Part shown: positions 46,383-54,895 of the stretch, piece by piece | Layout: each line of letters begins with the position of its first letter | Position numbering within the stretch: position 1 is the first letter of the stretch | Origin: an uncultured bacterium | GTDB lineage: Bacteria; Krumholzibacteriota; Krumholzibacteriia; Krumholzibacteriales; Krumholzibacteriaceae | Reading direction: 5' to 3' | Assembly: GCA_964584495.1 (NCBI GenBank) | Contig: CAZPAH010000003.1 | Coordinates: forward strand, 7,148-71,147 | Length of the DNA: 64,000 nucleotides | Notes under the pieces: model-generated | What the model was told of the DNA's origin: nothing | The model's database searches: none | What the model saw: only the letters and a program-made list of their open reading frames with translations | Program-made: the position numbers and the translations under genes

Positions 46383-47069
46383 ATGATTAAGACAGAGAAC
46401 CTCATGAAGCTTTTCAGGACGGAGGAAGTCGAGACGACGGCCCTCAACGACGTGACGATCGATATAGCGGAGGGAGAATTCGTTTCGATCATGGGCCCCT
46501 CAGGGTGCGGAAAGTCGACCCTTCTGAACATACTCGGTCTTCTCGATAATCCCACCGGTGGAAAATATCATCTTCTCGGGGAGGAGGTCTCGTCCTACTC
46601 GGAGAGGCAGCGCTCCAACCTCCGGAAGAACAATATCGGTTTCGTCTTCCAGAGCTTCAACCTGATAGACGAGCTTACGATTCACGAGAACGTGGAGCTT
46701 CCACTTCTATACCAGGGGGTCCCGTCGTCCGAGCGGAAGGAGCGAGTCCTGGAGGCGCTGGAGCGCTTCAACCTGATGCCGAGAAAAAACCATTTTCCCC
46801 AGCAGCTTTCTGGAGGCCAGCAGCAGAGGGTCGCCGTGGCGAGGGCCGTCATATCGAGGCCGAAGCTGATCCTCGCCGACGAGCCCACCGGGAACCTAGA
46901 CTCGGAGCACGGCGAGGAAGTGATGAACACCCTCACGCAGCTGAACGAGGAAGGGACGACGATTGTGATGGTAACCCACTCGCCGACCTACGCCGAGTAC
47001 GGCCAGCGCACGATACACCTCTTCGACGGAAGCGTCGTTACCGATGTAAAGGGAATGCCTCGTGTCTAG
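46383..47069 (+). CDS. ABC transporter ATP-binding protein (MacB/LolD-type NBD)
   Basis: Walker [11 protein letters not shown]-loop, signature [14 protein letters not shown], Walker [13 protein letters not shown] and H-loop. Confidence 0.85.
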   Translation: MIKTENLMKLFRTEEVETTALNDVTIDIAEGEFVSIMGPSGCGKSTLLNILGLLDNPTGGKYHLLGEEVSSYSERQRSNLRKNNIGFVFQSFNLIDELTIHENVELPLLYQGVPSSERKERVLEALERFNLMPRKNHFPQQLSGGQQQRVAVARAVISRPKLILADEPTGNLDSEHGEEVMNTLTQLNEEGTTIVMVTHSPTYAEYGQRTIHLFDGSVVTDVKGMPRV

Positions 47070-47181
47070 AAACGGGCCGATGAAAGCTGTATAATGATAA
47101 TCGGATCGTGCGCGGCCGCGGTTTCGATGCGGAGGCCGATCCGGCACTGCCGGGCAGAGGGCTGAATTCGATTGGAGCCGG

Positions 47182-47856
47182 ATGATGATCAAGTTGAGGA
47201 ATATCACGAAATTCTATTCTTCAGGCGTCGTGAAGACTTTCGTTCTGCGCAAGATCGATCTCGATATCGAGGAGGGGGATTTTATCACCCTGATGGGCCC
47301 GTCGGGGGCGGGAAAGACGACCCTGCTCAATATAGTGGGGATGCTGGACGCCCCTTCCGAGGGGGAGTACTATTTCTACGACGAGCAGGTCCACAGGCTG
47401 AACGAGAAGAAACGGTCGGCCCTATACAGGGAGTATTTCGGTTACGTTTTTCAGAGCTTTCACCTGATAGACGAGCTCACCGTCTACGAAAACCTGGAGA
47501 CCCCGCTGCTGTACAAGAAGATCAAGGGAGCAGAGCGCAAGGGGATGGTATGCGATATCCTCGACCGGTTCCAGATCGTAGCCAAGAAAGACCTCTTCCC
47601 GGGCCAGCTCTCGGGGGGCCAGCAGCAGCTGGTCGGCGTCGCCAGGGCGATTATATCGAAGCCGAAGCTCCTTCTAGCCGACGAGCCGACAGGAAATCTC
47701 CATTCCGAGCAGGGGGAGGAGATCATGGAGCTGTTCAAGAAGCTCAACGGCGAGGGGACCACGATCATACAGGCGACCCATTCGAAGAAGAACGCCTCGT
47801 ACGGCGACAGGATCGTGAACCTTCTCGACGGATGGATCGCTCCCGACGAGGAATAA
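47182..47856 (+). CDS. ABC transporter ATP-binding protein (second NBD gene)
   Basis: Walker A GPSGAGKTT, signature LSGGQQQLVGVARA, Walker [12 protein letters not shown] and H-loop ATHS. Confidence 0.85.
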   Translation: MMIKLRNITKFYSSGVVKTFVLRKIDLDIEEGDFITLMGPSGAGKTTLLNIVGMLDAPSEGEYYFYDEQVHRLNEKKRSALYREYFGYVFQSFHLIDELTVYENLETPLLYKKIKGAERKGMVCDILDRFQIVAKKDLFPGQLSGGQQQLVGVARAIISKPKLLLADEPTGNLHSEQGEEIMELFKKLNGEGTTIIQATHSKKNASYGDRIVNLLDGWIAPDEE

Positions 47857-47901
47857 TTAAGCCCGCCTAGAGGCTGCCTTCCAATTCGTACGATTTTCCC
47901 G

Positions 47902-47935
47902 TTGACAATTATTGGCGATTTGGCAATATTGCCAA
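47902..47935 (+). promoter_or_regulatory. Candidate promoter (TTGACA-17-AATATT) overlapping a perfect 16-bp palindrome TTGGCAATATTGCCAA upstream of the arsR-family gene
   Basis: TTGACA at 47902-47907. The palindrome at 47920-47935 overlaps the -10 region, and an extra direct TTGGC half-site lies at 47912-47916. It is about 125 bp upstream of the ArsR-family ORF, which is the typical autoregulatory operator arrangement for ArsR/SmtB repressors. Confidence 0.3.
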
Positions 47936-48059
47936 GTATGCTGGCGTGGGGATGCAGTTATACAGCGGTGCAGTAGTGCAGTGGAGCGGTGATGAAGGGT
48001 TGCCGCGATGAAGTGATATCGTCTCGGCGGGAGAACAGGGCATTTGGAGGTGAGAGTCG

Positions 48060-48455
48060 ATGGATAATAAAACATACAGGCATTTCGAGGCGAGGGCCGC
48101 GATGATGAAGGCGCTGGCCCATCCGACGAGGCTGTTCATCGTGGACGAGCTTTCGAAAGGGGAGAGATGCGTCCGCAATCTCACCTCGATGATAGGGGAC
48201 GACACTTCGACCGTCTCTAAGCATCTTTCCGTCCTGAAGAACGCGGGGATAGTCGGGACGCGCCGCGAGGGAGCATGGATCTACTATTCGCTGAAGGCCC
48301 CCTGCGTCCTGAATTTTTTCACGTGCATAGAAAACGTAATCGAATCGTCGATTGAGGAAAAGGGTTCAAGTGTCCGGGGGAAGGTCTCGATAGCCACGGG
48401 GAGCACTTCTACCGCCCGTGCAAAGGGCTCGACCGCCCCGGGAAAGCGCAGGTAG
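48060..48455 (+). CDS. ArsR/SmtB-family transcriptional regulator
   Basis: ALAHPTRLFIVDELSKGERCVRNLTSMIGDDTSTVSKHLSVLKNAGIV is the ArsR-type wHTH, with a Cys in the alpha3 region. Confidence 0.75.
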   Translation: MDNKTYRHFEARAAMMKALAHPTRLFIVDELSKGERCVRNLTSMIGDDTSTVSKHLSVLKNAGIVGTRREGAWIYYSLKAPCVLNFFTCIENVIESSIEEKGSSVRGKVSIATGSTSTARAKGSTAPGKRR

Positions 48456-48457
48456 GG

Positions 48458-49780
48458 ATGCCCACGAAAAAGGACTACAGGGCGATCGCAGTCGTCACGG
48501 CGGTTTTTCTCGCCTCCTTCTATATCCCGGTCGAGGCGCTTCGGCCGGCCGGAAGGCTCGCGAACGCCGCCTGGGAATCTCTCTACATGCTGCGGGCGTA
48601 CGCGAGGGAGCATGTCATCCTGTGCCTCGTGCCCGCCTTTTTCATCGCCGGGGCCGTATCGATATTCGTCGGCAAGGAATCTATCATGAGATACCTAGGC
48701 CCCGGGGCGAACAAGATCGTCGCCTACGGCGTAGCCTCGGTATCCGGCTCGATACTGGCCGTCTGCTCCTGCACGATCCTTCCCCTCTTCGCCGGCATAT
48801 ACAGGATGGGAGCGGGGCTCGGTCCCGCATCGGCATTTCTCTATTCGGGGCCCGCGATAAACGTCCTGGCGATAGTGCTGACCACGAGGGTTCTAGGCAT
48901 CGAGCTCGGCGCGGCGAGGGCGCTCGGCGCAATCGTCTTCAGCGTCGTGATCGGGCTTCTCATGCATCTGATATTCAGGAAAGAGGAGATGGCAAAGAAG
49001 GCGGCGCTCCCACAGGTCCCGATCGACGAGGGGGGCCGCTCCCTGCTGAAGAACGGCCTCTACTTCGCCTCGATGACGGCGATACTCGTCTTCGCCAACT
49101 GGGGCAGGCCGGCCGGAGAGAGCGGCCTGTGGTATTTCATATTCAAATCGAAATGGATTGTCACGGCCTTCGCGGCGGCAGCCTTCGCGCTGATGCTCAC
49201 TGCATGGTTCGGCGTGAAACGGCTGCATATATTCCTTGCTGCGCTCCCGCCGGTCGTTCTCGCCGCGGCCTTTCCCGGGACCCCGGTCCTCGCTTTCGCC
49301 TCGGGAGTGGTGTCGATCTCGATCCTCCTTGTGAGAACGGGGGGCGAGGCGGGCGAGTGGTTCGATTCCTCGTGGGGATTCGCCAGGCAGATTCTGCCGC
49401 TTCTCTTCGCCGGGGTGATAATCGCCGGGGCGCTTCTGGGCCGCCCGGAGCACGAAGGGCTTATCCCCTCGTCCTGGATCAGCGGCGCCGTGGGAGGAAA
49501 CTCCCTTTGGGCCAACCTGTTCGCATCGGTGGCGGGGGCCTTCATGTATTTCGCCACCCTTACCGAGGTTCCCATACTGCAGGGGCTTATCGGCGCGGGG
49601 ATGGGGAAGGGTCCGGCCCTGGCCCTGCTCCTGGCGGGCCCGGCGCTCAGCCTGCCGAACATGCTCGTGATTAGGAGCGTCATCGGGACTAAAAAGACGG
49701 TCGTCTACGTCGCCCTCGTTATAGCGATGGCGACGGTCAGCGGATTGATATACGGATTTTTCTTCGGAGTGGAGGTTTGA
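48458..49780 (+). CDS. Polytopic permease (COG0701/DUF318-type predicted permease commonly paired with ArsR and thioredoxin-like genes)
   Basis: There are at least 10 predicted TM helices. It lies 3 nt after arsR and is followed by a small CxxC thioredoxin-fold gene, which is the characteristic three-gene arrangement. Confidence 0.6.
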   Translation: MPTKKDYRAIAVVTAVFLASFYIPVEALRPAGRLANAAWESLYMLRAYAREHVILCLVPAFFIAGAVSIFVGKESIMRYLGPGANKIVAYGVASVSGSILAVCSCTILPLFAGIYRMGAGLGPASAFLYSGPAINVLAIVLTTRVLGIELGAARALGAIVFSVVIGLLMHLIFRKEEMAKKAALPQVPIDEGGRSLLKNGLYFASMTAILVFANWGRPAGESGLWYFIFKSKWIVTAFAAAAFALMLTAWFGVKRLHIFLAALPPVVLAAAFPGTPVLAFASGVVSISILLVRTGGEAGEWFDSSWGFARQILPLLFAGVIIAGALLGRPEHEGLIPSSWISGAVGGNSLWANLFASVAGAFMYFATLTEVPILQGLIGAGMGKGPALALLLAGPALSLPNMLVIRSVIGTKKTVVYVALVIAMATVSGLIYGFFFGVEV

Positions 49781-49781
49781 G

Positions 49782-50018
49782 ATGAAGGAGATCAAGGTGC
49801 TGGGCACCGGTTGTCCGAAATGCGGGAAGCTCAAGAAAAATGTCGAGGAGGCCCTTGCGGGCCTGGAGATCGAGTACAGCCTGGAAAAGGTCGAGGATAT
49901 CCAGGAGATCGTCTCCTTCGGCGTTATGATGACCCCCGCGCTCGTCGTCGACGGCGAGGTGAAGTTTTCGGGGAAGGTCCCCGGCATCGAAGAGCTGAGA
50001 TCGATACTGACCTCCTGA
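49782..50018 (+). CDS. Small thioredoxin-fold redox-active disulfide protein (CPKC motif)
   Basis: 78 aa. MKEIKVLGTGCPKCGKL...MMTPALVVDGEV matches 'redox-active disulfide protein 2'-type small thioredoxin-like proteins. Confidence 0.7.
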   Translation: MKEIKVLGTGCPKCGKLKKNVEEALAGLEIEYSLEKVEDIQEIVSFGVMMTPALVVDGEVKFSGKVPGIEELRSILTS

Positions 50019-50030
50019 CAAAGCAGGAAA

Positions 50031-50091
50031 GGCGCCTGCTCCCCGGGCCGACTCTCATGGCGGGGGAGGTGGAATGTCGTTCCCAGCGAGG
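50031..50091 (+). repeat. Copy A of a 61-nt conserved intergenic element (about 90% identical to 51435..51495)
   Basis: GGCGCCTGCTCCCCGGGCCGACTCTCATGGCGGGGGAGGTGGAATGTCGTTCCCAGCGAGG contains the inverted repeat CTCCCCG...CGGGGGAG. It lies about 55 nt upstream of the 50149 ORF. Confidence 0.5.
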
Positions 50092-50148
50092 CGCGGGACG
50101 GTTCCTTACAGGCGGTCTTAAATGCCGTTTCCCGGGAAAGGATGACAT

Positions 50149-50655
50149 ATGAATAACAGAATGATAATCACGCTGGTTCTCGGCCTCTTCGTCGCCTCAG
50201 CCGTCATGGTGCTGATATTCGACATGCGCGATGAAGGGAAAACGGGGAGCGGGACGGCGTTCGAATCCGGAGATGACGAGACGGCCGTTCTGTCGGGCGG
50301 CCCCGGCGGACCTGCCGACAGGGTAATAGCCTATTATTTCTACGGGAACAAGAGATGCGCTACCTGCAGAAATATTGAAGCCTATACGAGGGAGGCGCTA
50401 CAGGAGAGTTTTGCCGGTGAACTGGAGTCCGGAGAGCTCGAGATGCAGTTCGTCAACGTCGATCTGCCGTCGAACGAGCATTTCATAGAGGATTTCGATC
50501 TTCTCACCAAATCGGTGGTGCTCGTAAGGATCTCCGGAGGCAGGCGGGTCGAATGGAAAAACCTCGATAGGATATGGGATCTGGCGGGCACGAAGAAAGA
50601 GTTCATCGAATATATAGGCGGCGAAACGGAAAGATTTCTGGGAAGAGGCGTATGA
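50149..50655 (+). CDS. Membrane-anchored CxxC protein (thioredoxin-like?)
   Basis: An N-terminal TM helix (IITLVLGLFVASAVMVLIF) is followed by YYFYGNKRCATCRN, a CxxC motif. It is adjacent to a CcdA-like gene. The family was not recognised. Confidence 0.4.
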   Translation: MNNRMIITLVLGLFVASAVMVLIFDMRDEGKTGSGTAFESGDDETAVLSGGPGGPADRVIAYYFYGNKRCATCRNIEAYTREALQESFAGELESGELEMQFVNVDLPSNEHFIEDFDLLTKSVVLVRISGGRRVEWKNLDRIWDLAGTKKEFIEYIGGETERFLGRGV

Positions 50656-50728
50656 GAATGATCCCCGGCGGCGCGAATGGGACTGTATTTGAGGATCTGC
50701 GGGTGAAGGTTAGTCCGGGAGGGGGGGC

Positions 50729-51418
50729 ATGAGCGGATTCTTCTCGGGAGCTGCGCTGGCCCTGTGGCTCGGCGTACTTACCTCTATCAGCCCATGTCCG
50801 CTCGCGACCAATATCGCGGCGGTATCGTTCGTCGGCAGGCATGTTGGAAGTCCCCGCCGGGTGCTGGCGGCGGGATTGATTTATACGGCCGGACGCACGC
50901 TTGTCTACCTGGTGCTGGCCGGCCTTCTCGTGACGAGCCTGCTGGAGGCGCCCTACGTATCGCATCTGCTGCAGAAAGATATGAACAGGATTCTCGGTCC
51001 GGTCCTGGTGGTGGCCGGGATGTTCCTGCTCGACCTGATCCGTATAGCTCCCTTGGGCGGTGGGCGGAAAGGAAAATTGCAGGAGCGGGTCGAAAGGTCG
51101 GGGTTCTGGGGAGCGGCCCTGCTGGGAATCGTGTTCGCTCTATCGTTCTGTCCCGTATCGGCGGCCCTCTTCTTCGGGTCGCTGGTTCCACTGGCCGTAA
51201 GATCGGAATCGGCGGTTCTCTATCCGCTTCTCTACGGAGTGGGAACGGCGCTTCCGGTCGTTCTTTTCGCCGGTCTGATCTCGGCGGGGGCGCGGCATGT
51301 GGGGCTCGTGTTCGACAGGATCAAGCTCGTGGAGATCTGGGCCAGGAGGGCGACCGGCATCTTTCTCGCGGGTCTCGGCATCTACTTCTCGCTCAAGTAC
51401 ATATTCCAGGTTATATAA
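50729..51418 (+). CDS. CcdA/DsbD-like thiol-disulfide transporter (cytochrome c biogenesis transmembrane protein family)
   Basis: Six predicted TM helices carry the two signature cysteines in TM1 (SISPCPLATN) and TM4 (LSFCPVSAALF). Confidence 0.6.
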   Translation: MSGFFSGAALALWLGVLTSISPCPLATNIAAVSFVGRHVGSPRRVLAAGLIYTAGRTLVYLVLAGLLVTSLLEAPYVSHLLQKDMNRILGPVLVVAGMFLLDLIRIAPLGGGRKGKLQERVERSGFWGAALLGIVFALSFCPVSAALFFGSLVPLAVRSESAVLYPLLYGVGTALPVVLFAGLISAGARHVGLVFDRIKLVEIWARRATGIFLAGLGIYFSLKYIFQVI

Positions 51419-51434
51419 TCAGGCGTTGATCGAA

Positions 51435-51495
51435 GGTGCCTGCTCCCCGGGCCGACTCTCACGGCGGGGGAGGCGGAACGTCGTTCCACGCGAGG
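51435..51495 (+). repeat. Copy B of the 61-nt conserved intergenic element
   Basis: GGTGCCTGCTCCCCGGGCCGACTCTCACGGCGGGGGAGGCGGAACGTCGTTCCACGCGAGG differs from copy A by six positions, mostly C/T transitions. It lies in the leader about 270 nt upstream of the large Ig-repeat protein. Confidence 0.5.
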
Positions 51496-51765
51496 TTAGG
51501 GGGACGGCTGAAAAATTTTCCCGGTCACGGGAAAAAGGGTACCTAAAAAAGGTGGCCGCCGGGAACCTTCCCCCGCCGCATGCGCCCTCCCCTATCATCC
51601 CAAAAGACTATTGATTTTCAGCTTATAGGCCCGGTCTCCGGGCCTTATCCGCATGGTTCCCCCGTGGCATATGACTTGCCGTCCGCACTGTTGAAAGTAC
51701 CGCGTCGACTCCGGATTGTTGTGCGCGTCGGGCGGCCGGGCCGGAAGATTCATATTTTCGAAGAG

Positions 51766-54700
51766 GTGGATATCGTGTTTCAGGCAAATCGATACAAACA
51801 TTACGTGCTACTTTTCCTGGCGGCATTAATAGGCACGGCCCTGCTCGCGCCGGCCGGAGCCTTCTCCCAGGTCGCCTGCCCCTACAGGCAGGTGCAGGTT
51901 CTTCTTCCGGGCGAGAGCGCAGCCCCCGGAACCGATTCGGGAAAGACGGGTACACCATTGACTCAGGTGGCCGGGATACCGTTCGAGATAAAGGTCCGTG
52001 TCTGCGACGGGTCGTGGAACACGGTGACCTCGGTCGATCATGCATTCAGGATAACCTCGACCGACGAGACGGCCTCCCTGCCGCCGGCATCGCCGCTGAT
52101 ATTCGGAGAGCTTACTCTCGATGTGACGCTCAACGCGGCGGGGCTCTTCACCTTCACAGCGACCGACCTGAGCGATCACGAGCACATCTCGGGAACATCC
52201 TCGCAGGTGACGGTGGTCTATGGTGTCGGCGAGCTGGACCGCTTCGAATTCTCATACATAGATGCGGATCAGAGGGCCGGGCAACCGGTGCAGGTCACAA
52301 TTGAGGCGGTCGACGGGAACGGCAGCCTGGTAGGCACCTTCTCGGGCACAGCCGGCCTGACGCAGAGCACATCGTTCGGCGCCGGGAGGATCTTGCCGCA
52401 GGAAATCGGTTTCGAGGGCGGATCGTGGACGGGGTATGTGACCCTCTACAGGGCCGACGAGACCGAAGGTGAATGCTACGGCGGAAACGTGACGATCTCG
52501 GCGGCCCTCGAGGGCGGCGGACCGGCCGGGGAAAGCAACTGCTTCACCGTACACCCGGGCGATTTCGCGAGGCTGCAGGTAATCGTTCCCGGACAGGAAC
52601 CGGCGCCCGGCACGATAGCCGGCATCACGGGTTCGCCCGCGGTCCAGTCGACCGGTATGAGCTTTGCCGCGCAGGTCTACGGAACCGACGAGTTCTGGAA
52701 CCGTGTCGACGGCGCGGACGAAATCTCACTGACATCGAACGATCAGGCCGCAGCCATTTCAGGACCTGCCGCGATGACGGATGGGCAGGCGTCGTTCGAT
52801 ATCGCCTTCGCCACTGCGGGTATCAAGACACTGACCGCACTGGATGTGACCGACGGCGGGATAGAGGGGATGACGAGCGAGCCGATACAGGTCATCTCGA
52901 GCGAACCGGTATTTGTAATCGAGCCCCTTCCATCGCCGCTGACGGCGGGGGAGCCGGTGACCGTTACGATAAGGGTCACAGACTCTAGGGGCAATCCCAT
53001 AGAGAACTACAACGGCCACGCCCTTCTCGTGGCGGAAACGGGCCCGGCGACGATCACGCCCGAATCGATCAGATTTGACGGAGGGTCGTGGAGTGGGGAT
53101 ATGACATTCTTCTGCGCGGGCGGCGAGATCTCATTCTCGTGCGTCGACTTCGCGGCTCCCCCGAACTACGGCACCAGCATTCCGGTGACGGTTCTTCCAG
53201 GTGACTACGCCGGGCTACAGGTCCTGCTGCCGGGCGAGATCCCCCTCGGGGGAACCGTTTCGGGCAAAGAGGGCTCTCCGGCCGATCAAGAGGCGGGAAG
53301 ACCGTTCCAGGTTACGGTAAGGGCGGTCGATAGCTGGTGGAACATGGTGCCCGAGGCCGATACGGGAATTTCGCTCGTATCGACAGACGCCTACGCTCTG
53401 ATCCCCGCCGGGACGGTTCTCGGCGGCGGGCAGCTCACCGTTCCCGTGACCCTCTTCAGGGCGGGAAGGCACAGCTTCGAGGCGAAGGAAGAGGGCTCCG
53501 AGGACGGGGAGGGAAGCGTATCGGGCCTCTTAGACGTGGTTCCGGGACCGTACGCAAGGGTTATAATGCTGGCGCCCGGCGAGGAGCTTATTCCCGGCTC
53601 CGAAGAGGGAAAGGTGGGAACTCCGCTCGATCAGACGGTCGGCTACTCTTTCAGGCTGATAGTGCAGGCGACCGACTGGTGGTGGAACCCGGTGACGGGG
53701 GTAAGCGACGGGATAAGGCTCACATCGACCGATCCGCTGGCCGAGATTCCCGAGATCGCATTCCTGGCCGACGGCCGCGCGGAGTTCGACGTGAGGCTCT
53801 CCACCGGCGGGTACCAGCTTCTTACAGCCGAGAATACCGACAATACATCGATCGGCAACACGGTGTCGCAGGTAAGGGCGATAAACAGCGGATTTCATAT
53901 CGAAGCTGCGGTTCACCCGGAAAAGGTCATAGCGGGGGAGACGTTCTACGTGACGGTAAAGGTGACGAACAACGCCGGTGCCGTCATGCAGGAGGTCAAC
54001 TCCTTCGCGAATATAGAGGTCCGGAACGCGGTGAAGGGGGAAGCGGGAGAAGGCACGCTGCTCAATACACGCTTCCAATTCCTTCAGGGCGAGCGGACGT
54101 TGAGCCAGACATACACGAAGGCCGAATCGATCGTGCTGCTCATATCGGACGAGGGAGGTAACGATCCCGGCCTGACGAACGCGATCACGATAGAGCCGGG
54201 GCCGCCCTCGGCTATCGAGGCGGTGAGCGATCCGCCGTGGGTGGGCGGAAGGAAGACGGCCACGATCAGCGCGAGCGTCATAGACGGTTTCGGAAACGGC
54301 GTGCCGGGCCAGCCGGTCGTCTTCGAGCTCGAGAGCGGGCTTGGAACCATCACGCCGATCGAGGAGGTCACGGACCGGCTAGGGGTGGCAAGGGCCCTCT
54401 TCCGGGCGGCCTACGACCCGGAGACAGGAACAGTGAGGGTCTATTCGAACTCGTTCACGACGATCCTCGAGATCGAGACGGCGCTTGTCGATCCCTCCCT
54501 TCCCGGAGGAACCGTGACAAATTACCCGAATCCGTTCCATCCGAACGAGAACGCCACGACAATCGCCTACAAGCTCTCCGACGACGCGATCGTCTCGATG
54601 AGGATATTCACGCTCGACGGCAGGCTCGTCCTGAGGAAGAAGTACGGCGCGGGGAGCGACGGCGGCTCGGCCGGCCTTAACGAGATCCTCTGGGACGGCC

Positions 54701-54813
54701 GCAACGGAAACGGCGAAGTCGTCGCCAGCGGCGGGTATATCGTCCTGATAGAGGCGGAGCGCTCCGGAGAAACCATACATTCGATGCGCCGCAGGATCGG
54801 CGTTGTGAGATAA
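51766..54813 (+). CDS. Large secreted protein with tandem Ig-like (Big-type) domains and T9SS-type C-terminal sorting domain
   Basis: A GTG start is preferred at 51766/51775, after a GAGGTG Shine-Dalgarno, giving the signal peptide YVLLFLAALIGTALLAPAGAFSQ; the ORF extends upstream to 51580. About 10 segments of ~90 aa repeat with VxxG...F.V.A.D..N motifs. The C-terminus NYPNPFHPNENATTIAYKL...MRIFTLDGRLV...GGYIVLIEA matches the Por secretion tail / FlgD-Ig-like CTD. Confidence 0.6.
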   Translation: MDIVFQANRYKHYVLLFLAALIGTALLAPAGAFSQVACPYRQVQVLLPGESAAPGTDSGKTGTPLTQVAGIPFEIKVRVCDGSWNTVTSVDHAFRITSTDETASLPPASPLIFGELTLDVTLNAAGLFTFTATDLSDHEHISGTSSQVTVVYGVGELDRFEFSYIDADQRAGQPVQVTIEAVDGNGSLVGTFSGTAGLTQSTSFGAGRILPQEIGFEGGSWTGYVTLYRADETEGECYGGNVTISAALEGGGPAGESNCFTVHPGDFARLQVIVPGQEPAPGTIAGITGSPAVQSTGMSFAAQVYGTDEFWNRVDGADEISLTSNDQAAAISGPAAMTDGQASFDIAFATAGIKTLTALDVTDGGIEGMTSEPIQVISSEPVFVIEPLPSPLTAGEPVTVTIRVTDSRGNPIENYNGHALLVAETGPATITPESIRFDGGSWSGDMTFFCAGGEISFSCVDFAAPPNYGTSIPVTVLPGDYAGLQVLLPGEIPLGGTVSGKEGSPADQEAGRPFQVTVRAVDSWWNMVPEADTGISLVSTDAYALIPAGTVLGGGQLTVPVTLFRAGRHSFEAKEEGSEDGEGSVSGLLDVVPGPYARVIMLAPGEELIPGSEEGKVGTPLDQTVGYSFRLIVQATDWWWNPVTGVSDGIRLTSTDPLAEIPEIAFLADGRAEFDVRLSTGGYQLLTAENTDNTSIGNTVSQVRAINSGFHIEAAVHPEKVIAGETFYVTVKVTNNAGAVMQEVNSFANIEVRNAVKGEAGEGTLLNTRFQFLQGERTLSQTYTKAESIVLLISDEGGNDPGLTNAITIEPGPPSAIEAVSDPPWVGGRKTATISASVIDGFGNGVPGQPVVFELESGLGTITPIEEVTDRLGVARALFRAAYDPETGTVRVYSNSFTTILEIETALVDPSLPGGTVTNYPNPFHPNENATTIAYKLSDDAIVSMRIFTLDGRLVLRKKYGAGSDGGSAGLNEILWDGRNGNGEVVASGGYIVLIEAERSGETIHSMRRRIGVVR

Positions 54814-54895
54814 ACGCCTGCGGCCGGAAAGGACCGCGGGAAAAACTGCGGGAAGGACCGGCGCGGCGGGAATCGATAGAACGGAGGATTCGATA

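Noticed and set aside
48893-49987. 364-aa minus-strand ORF and 418-aa + strand alternative frame (48418..49674) over the permease gene
   Set aside because: Both are Arg/Gly/Pro-rich off-frames. The 48458 frame yields a 10+ TM permease that pairs with arsR and the CPKC thioredoxin.
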